In this document: positions 28,438-36,758 of the stretch, piece by piece
How the letters are laid out: the number at the start of each line of letters is the position of its first letter
Position numbering within the stretch: position 1 is the first letter of the stretch
Origin: Alkalispirochaeta sp.
Lineage (GTDB): Bacteria > Spirochaetota > Spirochaetia > DSM-27196 > Alkalispirochaetaceae
Length of the DNA stretch: 64,000 nucleotides
NCBI GenBank assembly: GCA_965601925.1
Contig: OZ271854.1
Coordinates: 1,088,001-1,152,000 of the forward strand
Reading direction: 5' to 3'
Notes under the pieces: model-generated
Database searches by the model: none
The model's input: only the letters and a program-made list of their open reading frames with translations
What the model was told of the DNA's origin: nothing
Made by a program: the position numbers and the translations under genes

Positions 28438-28968
28438 GTGCACTTGATCGAACGCGACACCGGAGTATCGGTACGGACCGATGCGGATCGCCAACTATTC
28501 TTCGTTTCCACCGACCGGCGCTATCGCACTCACATACACCCGCTGAACGTTCCCGGTTGCGATCGACCGTTGACGCGCTTCCGCCCCGTCGACCACCCGT
28601 GGCAGTACGGCGTGTTCACCGGCCTCAACGGTGTAAACGGCATAGACTTCTGGTGTTCCGGCGACGCCTACTACGAGAGAAGTGTACGCGGCACGATGCG
28701 CAACCGCGAGTTGAAAGTCCTTGAGGCCGGACCGGCACGAGTCACGGTCACCGACGTATATGAGACGGAACCGCTCCCCGACGACGACCCGATCCTGGGA
28801 CGCGAAAATGTCATACATCTGCCGCACATCGCCGGCAGAACGCGCGACGCCAATCTGCGTCTCGCCGACATCTTAGCCGACGACATACTCCGCGTCCTAA
28901 ACGGCGTCGCTCCGACCTCGGTTCTGACGGCGGAGGCGATTGCGGTGCGCACCGGAAAAAGGCCGTAG
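28438..28968 (+). pseudogene. chimeric ORF: DUF6807/'PmoA-family' N-terminus fused in frame to a D-2-hydroxyacid dehydrogenase C-terminus
   Basis: aa ~20-105 'HIHPL...LTRFRPVDHPWQYG...VNGIDFW'; from ~28753 'DVYETEPLP..DP..GRENVIHLPHIAGRT'. Both parts are far shorter than their parent families. Confidence 0.6.
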
Positions 28969-29042
28969 CGCCCGGACGATCGGCAGCCGCGATCGAGCGT
29001 TCCAAACGGACGCCTTTTTCCTACTAAACGAGTAGGTTTTTC

Positions 29043-29105
29043 TTGACAGGCCCACGGCGGCATGGAATACTGAGTTCCGCAAACGATAACGACATCGTTG
29101 GCGAA
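29043..29105 (+). promoter_or_regulatory. sigma70 promoter (TTGACA-N17-AATACT, extended -10) followed by third 30-bp operator (29076-29105)
   Basis: TCCGCAAACGATAACGACATCGTTGGCGAA matches the other two copies in length and arms. Confidence 0.75.
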
Positions 29106-29162
29106 ACGTTATTTGCGCCGTTATCTTTGACCAATGTGAGAAGGTGGAGCTAAGGAGGACGT

Positions 29163-30506
29163 ATGAAGTCGATATTTCATCACAAGACGATCCGAACACT
29201 CGGCGCGGTCTGCGCGATCATCGTGGTAGCTGCCGGTTGTGCCCGACCGGAAGGGGAGGAACAAGTCACGCTCGAAGTGCTCATCCAACCCAATGACTTC
29301 TCCGAAGCGCACGCCGCCGCGTTCATGGAGGAGAATCCTGACATCGAGCTGATTGTCCAAGGTTTCGACTGGGAAAACTTGGCGACGCGGCTCACATCGG
29401 GACAGGCTCCGGATCTCTCAGGATTCTTCAGTAGCCGCGTACCGCAATACGTCAACAACGGATGGCTGGAACCGCTCGACGAGTGGATCGACTCGAGTGA
29501 GGTAATCAACTGGGACGATCTCCAGATCGTTTCCGACGCGTGGCGCTACGATCCACAGACGCGGGAGCACCTGACGGGTCCCAAGTACGGTATGACCAAA
29601 GACTGGAACATTACCAGCGCTTACTTCTACCGTCGCGACCTCTTCGAGGAGGCCGGGTTACCGCTGCCGGAGCCGACCGAGACGATCACCTACCAAGAGT
29701 TCTACGACAACTACGTCAGTCAAATCGGTGTGCGCGAGGACGGCGTGACGACGCGATGGGCGCTCGACGGCGCGCTCGTACGGACTGCGGAGGTCTCCAT
29801 TCGCAACATGTTGGCGACCGCCGGCACCGACATCTATAACGAGGATCTCAGCGAGATCAACCTCGTCGACAACCCCGAAGCGATGGAGGCGTTGCGATTT
29901 ATCGCCGACCTGCCCAAGGACCGCTACTTCCCCAGCGTGATCGATCCGGCGCCCAACTGGGGTGCACCCCTGCTTGCAAACTTGGAAGAGTCGCCGCTCG
30001 GCATCTACCAGTACGGGTACTGGGCCGTCGCCTCGATCGTCGCGATCAACCCGGAGGCGGCCGACCAGATCGGCTACGCGATCGGCCCTGCGTGGAGCAC
30101 CGACGTGGACGTTCAACAGTTACCGCTGATCGTCGGCTTCACCATGTTCGCCGACAGCCCGGACGAGGAAAAAGAGGCGGCGTGGCGGCTCATGGAAGAG
30201 TTGGTAGCCGGGTCGGTGGGTATCGAGCGCGCCCGAAGCGGTTGGGGCATCCCGGCGCTGCGGTCGATGTTCGACCTTCTACCGGAGGAGAACTCCCTGG
30301 CACGGCAAGTAAAAGAGGTTACGGCGTGGCAGATCGAAAACCAGAATCTGGTCAATGAGCAAGTAAACCCGTATGCGAGCGATCCGTTCTCAATCGCGTT
30401 CGAGCAACACCTGCCCGCCTACCTCCAGGATGATGTAACCTTTGAGGAGTTTGCGCAGATCCTCGAGGACGAGGCCAACGCGCTCATCGCCGATCAGCGT
30501 AATTGA
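29163..30506 (+). CDS. carbohydrate ABC transporter substrate-binding lipoprotein (paralog 2)
   Basis: RBS AAGGAGG; lipobox-like 'AAGC'; shares 'KDWN', 'RWAxDG', 'PSVIDPAP', 'EESPL' with 14754-16112. Confidence 0.9.
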   Translation: MKSIFHHKTIRTLGAVCAIIVVAAGCARPEGEEQVTLEVLIQPNDFSEAHAAAFMEENPDIELIVQGFDWENLATRLTSGQAPDLSGFFSSRVPQYVNNGWLEPLDEWIDSSEVINWDDLQIVSDAWRYDPQTREHLTGPKYGMTKDWNITSAYFYRRDLFEEAGLPLPEPTETITYQEFYDNYVSQIGVREDGVTTRWALDGALVRTAEVSIRNMLATAGTDIYNEDLSEINLVDNPEAMEALRFIADLPKDRYFPSVIDPAPNWGAPLLANLEESPLGIYQYGYWAVASIVAINPEAADQIGYAIGPAWSTDVDVQQLPLIVGFTMFADSPDEEKEAAWRLMEELVAGSVGIERARSGWGIPALRSMFDLLPEENSLARQVKEVTAWQIENQNLVNEQVNPYASDPFSIAFEQHLPAYLQDDVTFEEFAQILEDEANALIADQRN

Positions 30507-30545
30507 CGTTGGTCCGTTCACGTCGATAGACCTATGGGAGGTGCG

Positions 30546-31508
30546 ATGCGCCGCTTGGGCAATCGAAAACAATCAGGCTTGATGGAGCGCGCCGAGCGGC
30601 GCGCTTTCTACGCGTTCATCGCACCGTGGCTCTTCGGCACGGTGGGGCTCCTGGCGTTTCCCCTCATATGGGGACTCGTCATCAGTCTCTTCGACTATAC
30701 CGGCCTCAACATCAACGCCCTCAATTTCGTCGGGTTGGAAAACTATCGACGCGCCTTCTCCGATCCGCAGTTTTTCCACGGCCTTCGACGTACCCTCTAT
30801 CTCGCCTTTGTCGCGGTACCGCTGAGAATCGTCATCGGGTTCGTCATCGCCGGTGCGATGATAAAGGTCAACCGCGGCGTCGGCGTGTTTCGGACGATCT
30901 TCTACCTGCCGGTGCTGATACCGGCGGTCGCCGCGGTGCACATCTGGGCGGCGATCTTCAACCCCAACGCGGGGCTGATTAACAGCTTCGTGCGCATCTT
31001 CGGCCTCCCGGGGCGTACCAATTGGATGTTGGAATACCCGTCGGAGCTGTTGGTGCTGCTCTTTGTATGGGGTTTGGGCGAGACCGTGGTGATCTTTTTC
31101 GCCGCGCTCCAGGGCATTCCCGACGAGCTTACCGAGGCGGCGGCGATCGACGGCGCCGGTTCGCGGGCGATCCTCGCGCGTCTTATCCTACCGCTGGTGA
31201 CACCGATCATATTCTTTCAGTTCCTCCTGAACCTCGTTCGCGGTTTCCAGTTACTCGCACCGGCGCTCTTGCTGGTGCCGCGCACCGCCGGCGGGCTTGC
31301 CGACTCGGGAGTCCCGGTCTCGCAGGTACCGGTACCCAACCGGCTCGTACTTATTCACATCTACGACCACGCCTTTCAGCGCAACAACTTCAGTTACGCC
31401 TTGGCGATGTCGTGGGTGTTCTTCGTGCTGATCGTCGCGCTTGTGTTGCTCAACTGGCGACTGTCGAAGTACTGGGTCTATTACGAGGTCGACGCGGACG
31501 ATGCGTAA
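30546..31508 (+). CDS. carbohydrate ABC transporter permease (MalF-type, paralog 2)
   Basis: 'RRAFYAFIAPWLFG', 'EAAAIDGA'. Confidence 0.92.
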   Translation: MRRLGNRKQSGLMERAERRAFYAFIAPWLFGTVGLLAFPLIWGLVISLFDYTGLNINALNFVGLENYRRAFSDPQFFHGLRRTLYLAFVAVPLRIVIGFVIAGAMIKVNRGVGVFRTIFYLPVLIPAVAAVHIWAAIFNPNAGLINSFVRIFGLPGRTNWMLEYPSELLVLLFVWGLGETVVIFFAALQGIPDELTEAAAIDGAGSRAILARLILPLVTPIIFFQFLLNLVRGFQLLAPALLLVPRTAGGLADSGVPVSQVPVPNRLVLIHIYDHAFQRNNFSYALAMSWVFFVLIVALVLLNWRLSKYWVYYEVDADDA

Positions 31509-31517
31509 GGGGGTCGT

Positions 31518-32375
31518 GTGATGAAACGTTCCTTGTATGCCGGCGAACGGATAGAGCACGCCGCGATCTATCTCTTTCTCGTCCTCTTGGCGGCTCTGTT
31601 CCTCGTACCCTTCTTTTGGATGATCACCGGTGCCCTAAAGACGGAGATCGAGTTCGGTAGCATGACGGTGCGGCTCCTTCCGGCCGAGCCGCAGTGGGAT
31701 AACTTCGTCGAGGTGTTTCGGCGCTCCAACGTGCCTCGCGGCTTTCTCAACTCGTTTAAGATGGCGTTTATCTATACGGTGCCGGTGCTCATCTCGAGCA
31801 GCATGGGCGGCTATGCATTCGCACGCATGAGGGTGAAGGAGAAAAACACGCTCTTCGGTGTGCTGTTGGCGACGATGATGCTGCCGCGAATCGCGACGTT
31901 GATTCCTTCCTACATGCTCTTTTCAACGCTGAACCTGACCGACACGTTTTGGCCGTGGTTTCTGTGGGGCGTCGGAACCGCGGCGGTGCTCGTGTTTCTC
32001 TTTCGCCAGTTTTTCTCGACCCTGCCCAAGAACTTGGAAGAAGCTGCGCTCATCGACGGGTGCTCGCGATTCGGCACCTTCTTCCGCATTATTGCGCCGA
32101 TCTCGACCTCGGCGTTCGTGTTGGGAACGATCTTTTCGTTCAACTGGATCTGGTCGGACTTTTTGACGCCCTTCATCTATCTGACGACGCGGCGCCTCCC
32201 GATGGCGGTTATCATCCAGACCGGCCTCAACCCGCCGTTCAGCCCGATCTCGCAGGGCGACGTGCCGGTCAAGCTCGCGGCGACTACCTTTTTCATTTTA
32301 CCGATGATCGTGCTCTTTTTTATCTTACAGAAGAACATCGTTAAGGGAATCACCACTACGGGGATGAAGGGGTAG
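31518..32375 (+). CDS. carbohydrate ABC transporter permease (MalG-type, paralog 2)
   Basis: 'MGGYAFAR', 'LEEAALIDGC', 'GMKG'. Confidence 0.92.
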   Translation: MMKRSLYAGERIEHAAIYLFLVLLAALFLVPFFWMITGALKTEIEFGSMTVRLLPAEPQWDNFVEVFRRSNVPRGFLNSFKMAFIYTVPVLISSSMGGYAFARMRVKEKNTLFGVLLATMMLPRIATLIPSYMLFSTLNLTDTFWPWFLWGVGTAAVLVFLFRQFFSTLPKNLEEAALIDGCSRFGTFFRIIAPISTSAFVLGTIFSFNWIWSDFLTPFIYLTTRRLPMAVIIQTGLNPPFSPISQGDVPVKLAATTFFILPMIVLFFILQKNIVKGITTTGMKG

Positions 32376-32452
32376 GTTCGAAGGTTGCCTGATATCGAGA
32401 TCGCCGGTCACATGAACACGCCGAGGCTACGGATCGGCGGTGCGATCGGTAC

Positions 32453-32794
32453 TTAGTCGAAGGCCCGGTCGTCGTCCAGGGAATCGAGCCCCTCGAAGAC
32501 AGGTCGCATGAAGCTGCGGTCGACGCTGTAGACGATCTTGTGCGCGCGTAGATACTCCCACGACGCGAGGCAGTCCGGGTCGGTCTGGGAGGCGATGCGA
32601 TACTGCTCGTACTCGGCAAGGCTCGGAAAACTAAAGAGGGTCACCGCGACGTTGCTCGGACCCTCATGGGGCAGAAAACAGCCGTGATGCGCGCCCCCGA
32701 AACGCTCGATCAGGGTGATCCAAAAACGGCTGTAGCGCTCGAACTCCGCTACCTTCCGGTAGTCGATCTCATAGCGCAAATAGCAGGTGACCAT
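32453..32794 (-). CDS. NIPSNAP family protein
   Basis: 'TCYLRYEID...FERY...HHGCFLPHEG..NVA..LFSFPSLAEYEQYR'; RBS GAGGAGG. Confidence 0.88.
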   Translation of the reverse strand: MVTCYLRYEIDYRKVAEFERYSRFWITLIERFGGAHHGCFLPHEGPSNVAVTLFSFPSLAEYEQYRIASQTDPDCLASWEYLRAHKIVYSVDRSFMRPVFEGLDSLDDDRAFD

Positions 32795-32864
32795 CGGTGC
32801 CTCCTCGATCGGTGGTATCGACCGTCAGCATAGCCCATTGGAGCGGCGGCCGAAAGGAGACGCG

Positions 32865-33488
32865 ATGCTGTATGATATTACGCGCACCGTGGCGAGTGAC
32901 ACCGCGGTCTGGCCGGGACACACCCCCTTCTCGTACCGGCAGACCTTGGACATACGCGCCGGGGACGCGGTGAACCTCACAGCGATCACCATGAGCGCTC
33001 ACACCGGGTCGCACGCCGACGCGCACTACCACTACGAAGCGGACGGCGCGCACCCCGCCCAGATGGCGCTCGACGCCTATATCGGGCAGGCTACGGTCGT
33101 CACGACGACCAAGTACAACGAAGCGCTGACGAGCGCCGACTTCCCGACGTTACAGCGTGTCGAATCGGTCGAACGAGTCTTGATCCGCAGCCACGTGAGC
33201 GATCGGCCCGATACCACCTTCCCCACCGAGTATCCTCACCTCTCGGTTGAACTCGTCGAGTGGCTGGCCGAGAAGGGCCTCCGCCTCGTCGGGCTGGATT
33301 CGCCGTCGGTCGATCCCTTCGAAAGCCTCGAACTACCATGTCACCACGCCCTCGGCAAACGTGGTATCGTGATCCTGGAGCTGCTCCAGTTATCGCACGT
33401 ACCGGACGGCACCTACGAACTCATCGCGCCGCCTCTTAAACTTGACGGTGTGTGCGGATCTCCGGTGCGAGCGATACTCCGCGCTTAA
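32865..33488 (+). CDS. kynB: cyclase family metal-dependent hydrolase (kynurenine formamidase-like)
   Basis: 'HTGSHADAHYH', 'GLDSPSVDP', 'ILE.L', 'YELIA.PLKL...GSPVRA'. Confidence 0.75.
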   Translation: MLYDITRTVASDTAVWPGHTPFSYRQTLDIRAGDAVNLTAITMSAHTGSHADAHYHYEADGAHPAQMALDAYIGQATVVTTTKYNEALTSADFPTLQRVESVERVLIRSHVSDRPDTTFPTEYPHLSVELVEWLAEKGLRLVGLDSPSVDPFESLELPCHHALGKRGIVILELLQLSHVPDGTYELIAPPLKLDGVCGSPVRAILRA

Positions 33489-33511
33489 GGACGATCAATG
33501 AGGAATCGCCG

Positions 33512-34456
33512 GTGATCCAAGCACGCCATCTGACCAAACGGTACGGACCGCACGTCGCGTTGGACGATGTCGGTTTTCGCATCTCTACCGGCGAGGTGGT
33601 CGGCCTTCTCGGGCCGAACGGCGCCGGCAAGTCGACGACGATGAACATTCTGACCGGTTACCTCTCGGCGACCGAAGGCGAGGTGCTGATCGGAGCCGTC
33701 AACATTCTCGACGAGCCGGAGGCGGTGAAGCGCACGATCGGCTACCTTCCCGAAACACCGCCCTTGTACGACGAGATGACGGTGCGTGAGTACCTACGAT
33801 TTGTCTGTCGTATCAAGGACGTGCCGAGGCGCGAGGTGCGCCGGCGCATCGATGACGGTCTGGAGCGCGTCGGAATCGCACGCGTGGCGGGGCGGCTCAT
33901 CGGCAACCTCTCCAAGGGCTTCCGGCAGCGCGTCGGACTGGCGCAAGCGCTCATGGGTGATCCGACGATCCTGATTTTGGACGAACCGACATCCGGCCTC
34001 GATCCGAAGCAGATCTTGGAGATTCGCGAACTGATTCGCCGGCTCGGGACCGAGCGTACGGTCATCGTCAGCTCCCACGTGTTATCGGAAGTAAGTGAGC
34101 TCTGCGGCCGCGTGATGATCATCAACGGCGGGCGTATCGTCGCCGACGGCGATCCGGCAACGCTGGGGCGGGAGCTGTTCGACACGGGGCGCATCGTGGT
34201 AACCGCAGCCGCGGACGAAGCGAGCCTCCGCTCGGCAATCGACGAGATCGCCGGCGTTACCCGCGTCGAGAGCGCGCCGGCGCCGGAGCGCGGTACGACC
34301 GAGCTCCTGGTCGAGAGTTCCAAGGATGTGCGTCGCGACGTATTTCAAGCGTGCAGTGCGAGAGAAATTCCACTGGTCGGCCTGCGAGTGAAAAACGCTA
34401 CGCTCGAGGAGATCTTTCTTGAACTTACCGACGGCGCTCGGGAGGTCGATACGTGA
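33512..34456 (+). CDS. ABC transporter ATP-binding protein (GldA-like)
   Basis: Walker A 'GPNGAGKST', signature 'LSKGFRQRVGLAQA', 'LILDEPT'. Confidence 0.92.
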   Translation: MIQARHLTKRYGPHVALDDVGFRISTGEVVGLLGPNGAGKSTTMNILTGYLSATEGEVLIGAVNILDEPEAVKRTIGYLPETPPLYDEMTVREYLRFVCRIKDVPRREVRRRIDDGLERVGIARVAGRLIGNLSKGFRQRVGLAQALMGDPTILILDEPTSGLDPKQILEIRELIRRLGTERTVIVSSHVLSEVSELCGRVMIINGGRIVADGDPATLGRELFDTGRIVVTAAADEASLRSAIDEIAGVTRVESAPAPERGTTELLVESSKDVRRDVFQACSAREIPLVGLRVKNATLEEIFLELTDGAREVDT

Positions 34457-35316
34457 TCGCAGTCATGCTACGGGAGCTCGGCTCCTACTTCCGCACGCCG
34501 GTCGGCTACATCTTCACCGGGCTCTTCCTGTTCGTGGCGGGATTCTTCTTCACCGTCGGGAATCTGTTGGCGGACAGCTCCTATTACGCGAGCTTTTTGC
34601 AGAGTATTCTCTTCCTGTACCTCTTCGCGGTGCCGCTACTCACCATGCGGCTCTTGAGCGAGGAGCGACGACGGCGCACCGACCAACTCTTGCTCACCTG
34701 CCCGATCACCGTCACGGCGATCGTTCTGGGAAAGTTCTTTGCCGCCTTTGTGGTATTTCTCCTGACGCTGTCGGTCACAGTTAGCTACGCGGTGGTGATA
34801 CACGTGTTCGGCGACTTGGAGGTGGGACGGACGGTCGGTGCGTACCTCGGATTCGTCCTCCTGGGTGCGGCGTTCATCGCCGTGGGTGTGCTGGTCTCGG
34901 CGGCCAGCACGAGTCAGATCGGAGCGGCGATTCTCACCTTCTTTGTGCTGTTGCTTATCTGGTTTCTGAACCTGGTACGCATGGTAGTGCCGACCGATGC
35001 GCTCTCCGGGACGCTCTTTGCCGGGGGAATCGCTATCGCCGTCGCGCTCTTCGTGCGCGCCCACACAAGAAACCCGATCATCGCCGCCGCGACGCTGGCG
35101 GGAGGAGCGGCGACGATCGGCGTCCTGCGTGTCGTCCGGCCGACGATCTTCGAAGGACTGATCGTCGAAACGCTCCGTCACATCAGCCTGCTCGAACGAT
35201 TCAATAGCTTCGGCCTCGGGCTCGTGGAGGTCGAACACGTCGTATTCTATCTCAGCTTCACTTCGATCGTGCTCTTTGTGACCGTCCAACTGATCGAAAA
35301 GCGACGCTGGGCGTAG
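34453..35316 (+). CDS. ABC-2 permease (GldF-like)
   Basis: 'RELGSYFRTPVGY', 'PLLTMRLLSEERRRRTDQLLLT.P', 'KRRW'. Confidence 0.88.
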   Translation: MIAVMLRELGSYFRTPVGYIFTGLFLFVAGFFFTVGNLLADSSYYASFLQSILFLYLFAVPLLTMRLLSEERRRRTDQLLLTCPITVTAIVLGKFFAAFVVFLLTLSVTVSYAVVIHVFGDLEVGRTVGAYLGFVLLGAAFIAVGVLVSAASTSQIGAAILTFFVLLLIWFLNLVRMVVPTDALSGTLFAGGIAIAVALFVRAHTRNPIIAAATLAGGAATIGVLRVVRPTIFEGLIVETLRHISLLERFNSFGLGLVEVEHVVFYLSFTSIVLFVTVQLIEKRRWA

Positions 35317-35324
35317 GAGTACCG

Positions 35325-36758
35325 ATGCGGAACGAAAAACGGTCGTTAACAGACCCCGGAGTGCGCTACGGAGGGTATGCGGTACTCCACACGCTCGTCG
35401 TGGCAACCGCGGTGATTGTGCTCAACGTGTTGGCCAACCAGTTGGGATGGCGGATCGACATGACCGACAGCTCGGTCTACACCTTGAGTCGGCAGACGCA
35501 CGACGTCATCGACCGATTGGACCGGGAGGTGACGATCTATCTCCTTGCCACGCGCAATCGGGACGACGCTCGCATCACCGAGGTGCTCGAACGGTACGCC
35601 GCGGCGTCACGCCTCATTCGGGTAGCGGAGGTCGATGCCGAGCAAGATCCGGCATTCGCGGCGCGCTTCGACCCCGGCGGCGCGGGCCTCCGTAACGGGA
35701 GCGTGATCGTGGCGAGTGCGGATCGCTCGCGCGCGATCGAGCGTGCCGACCTCTTCAGCATCGACAACCGCGACCCCCGGGCACCGCAAATTCTCGGCCT
35801 CAACGTCGAGCAACGGGTCACCAACGCGCTCCTCTTCGTGGCCGTCGGTCGCACACCGATCGTCTATCAGACCAGCGGTCACGGTGAAATCGACCTCCAA
35901 CGCGGCGGCGCCTTCGGCAGGCTGGGCGAGCAGTTCCGCCACGCCAACTTCGAGCTACGAACCTTCAATCTCGCCCAGACGACGCGCGTCCCCGGCGACG
36001 CGGCGGTGGTCGCCGTCGTGCGGCCGCGCACCGATATCTCTGAGGAGAGCGCACAAAAGCTGGTCGAGTTTCTGCGCGCCGGCGGCACCGGCTTTTTCGC
36101 GGTGGATCCGGCGGCGGGCGAGCTGTCCAACTTAGCCGGGGTGTTGCAGCGGTTCGGCATCGCCATTCCGGCGGCGATCGTGGTAGAGCCGGACCGCAAT
36201 CTCAACAACGGCGCGCCGTTGGAACTGTGGCCGCGGTTGACCGATACGAGTATCACCGCGCCGCTCATCGAGGTCGACTACCGCGTTCTGGCACCATCGG
36301 CACGGCCGGTCGTCGTGCGTGCGCCCCGGCCGCGAAACGTCACGATCGAGCCGCTCCTTACCACCTCACCGCGGAGTTTCTACCGCACCGACCTCGATCG
36401 TACCGCGTTGGAGCTCACCGTCGGGGACGTGCCGGGTCCGCACCCGATCGCCGTCGCCGCAACCGAGAGCGACTCAATCACCGACGAGGAAATCACGCGC
36501 ATCGTCGTAGTCGGTGACGTCGATTTCGTGTCGCTGGTCGATAGGGTGAACGGCAACCTCGACTTTGTGATGAACGCCTTCGGCTGGCTCGGCGGACAGG
36601 AACACGCGCTCTCGATCCGTCCCAAGACGACCATTCAATTCCCGCTGCAGACGACCGGCGCGCAGAAGCTCGTGTTCGGGGTGTTATTCGTCGTCGTCAT
36701 TCCCGTCGGGATTCTTGCAGCCGCCGTGGTGACGTGGCTGCGGAGACGCCACTTGTGA
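35325..36758 (+). CDS. GldG-like ABC auxiliary protein
   Basis: 'DMT...YTLS.QT', 'GHGE', 'N.DFVMNAFGWL', C-terminal TM plus 'WLRRR'. Confidence 0.85.
   Translation: MRNEKRSLTDPGVRYGGYAVLHTLVVATAVIVLNVLANQLGWRIDMTDSSVYTLSRQTHDVIDRLDREVTIYLLATRNRDDARITEVLERYAAASRLIRVAEVDAEQDPAFAARFDPGGAGLRNGSVIVASADRSRAIERADLFSIDNRDPRAPQILGLNVEQRVTNALLFVAVGRTPIVYQTSGHGEIDLQRGGAFGRLGEQFRHANFELRTFNLAQTTRVPGDAAVVAVVRPRTDISEESAQKLVEFLRAGGTGFFAVDPAAGELSNLAGVLQRFGIAIPAAIVVEPDRNLNNGAPLELWPRLTDTSITAPLIEVDYRVLAPSARPVVVRAPRPRNVTIEPLLTTSPRSFYRTDLDRTALELTVGDVPGPHPIAVAATESDSITDEEITRIVVVGDVDFVSLVDRVNGNLDFVMNAFGWLGGQEHALSIRPKTTIQFPLQTTGAQKLVFGVLFVVVIPVGILAAAVVTWLRRRHL

Noticed and set aside
28438..28750. Methane monooxygenase
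   Set aside because: 'PmoA family' here refers to the soluble DUF6807-like family found in sugar loci; there are no TM helices or pmoCB genes.
14675..29105. 30-bp palindromes as CRISPR repeats or REP/MITE elements
   Set aside because: Only three copies, kilobases apart, each next to a promoter; no spacers or cas genes.
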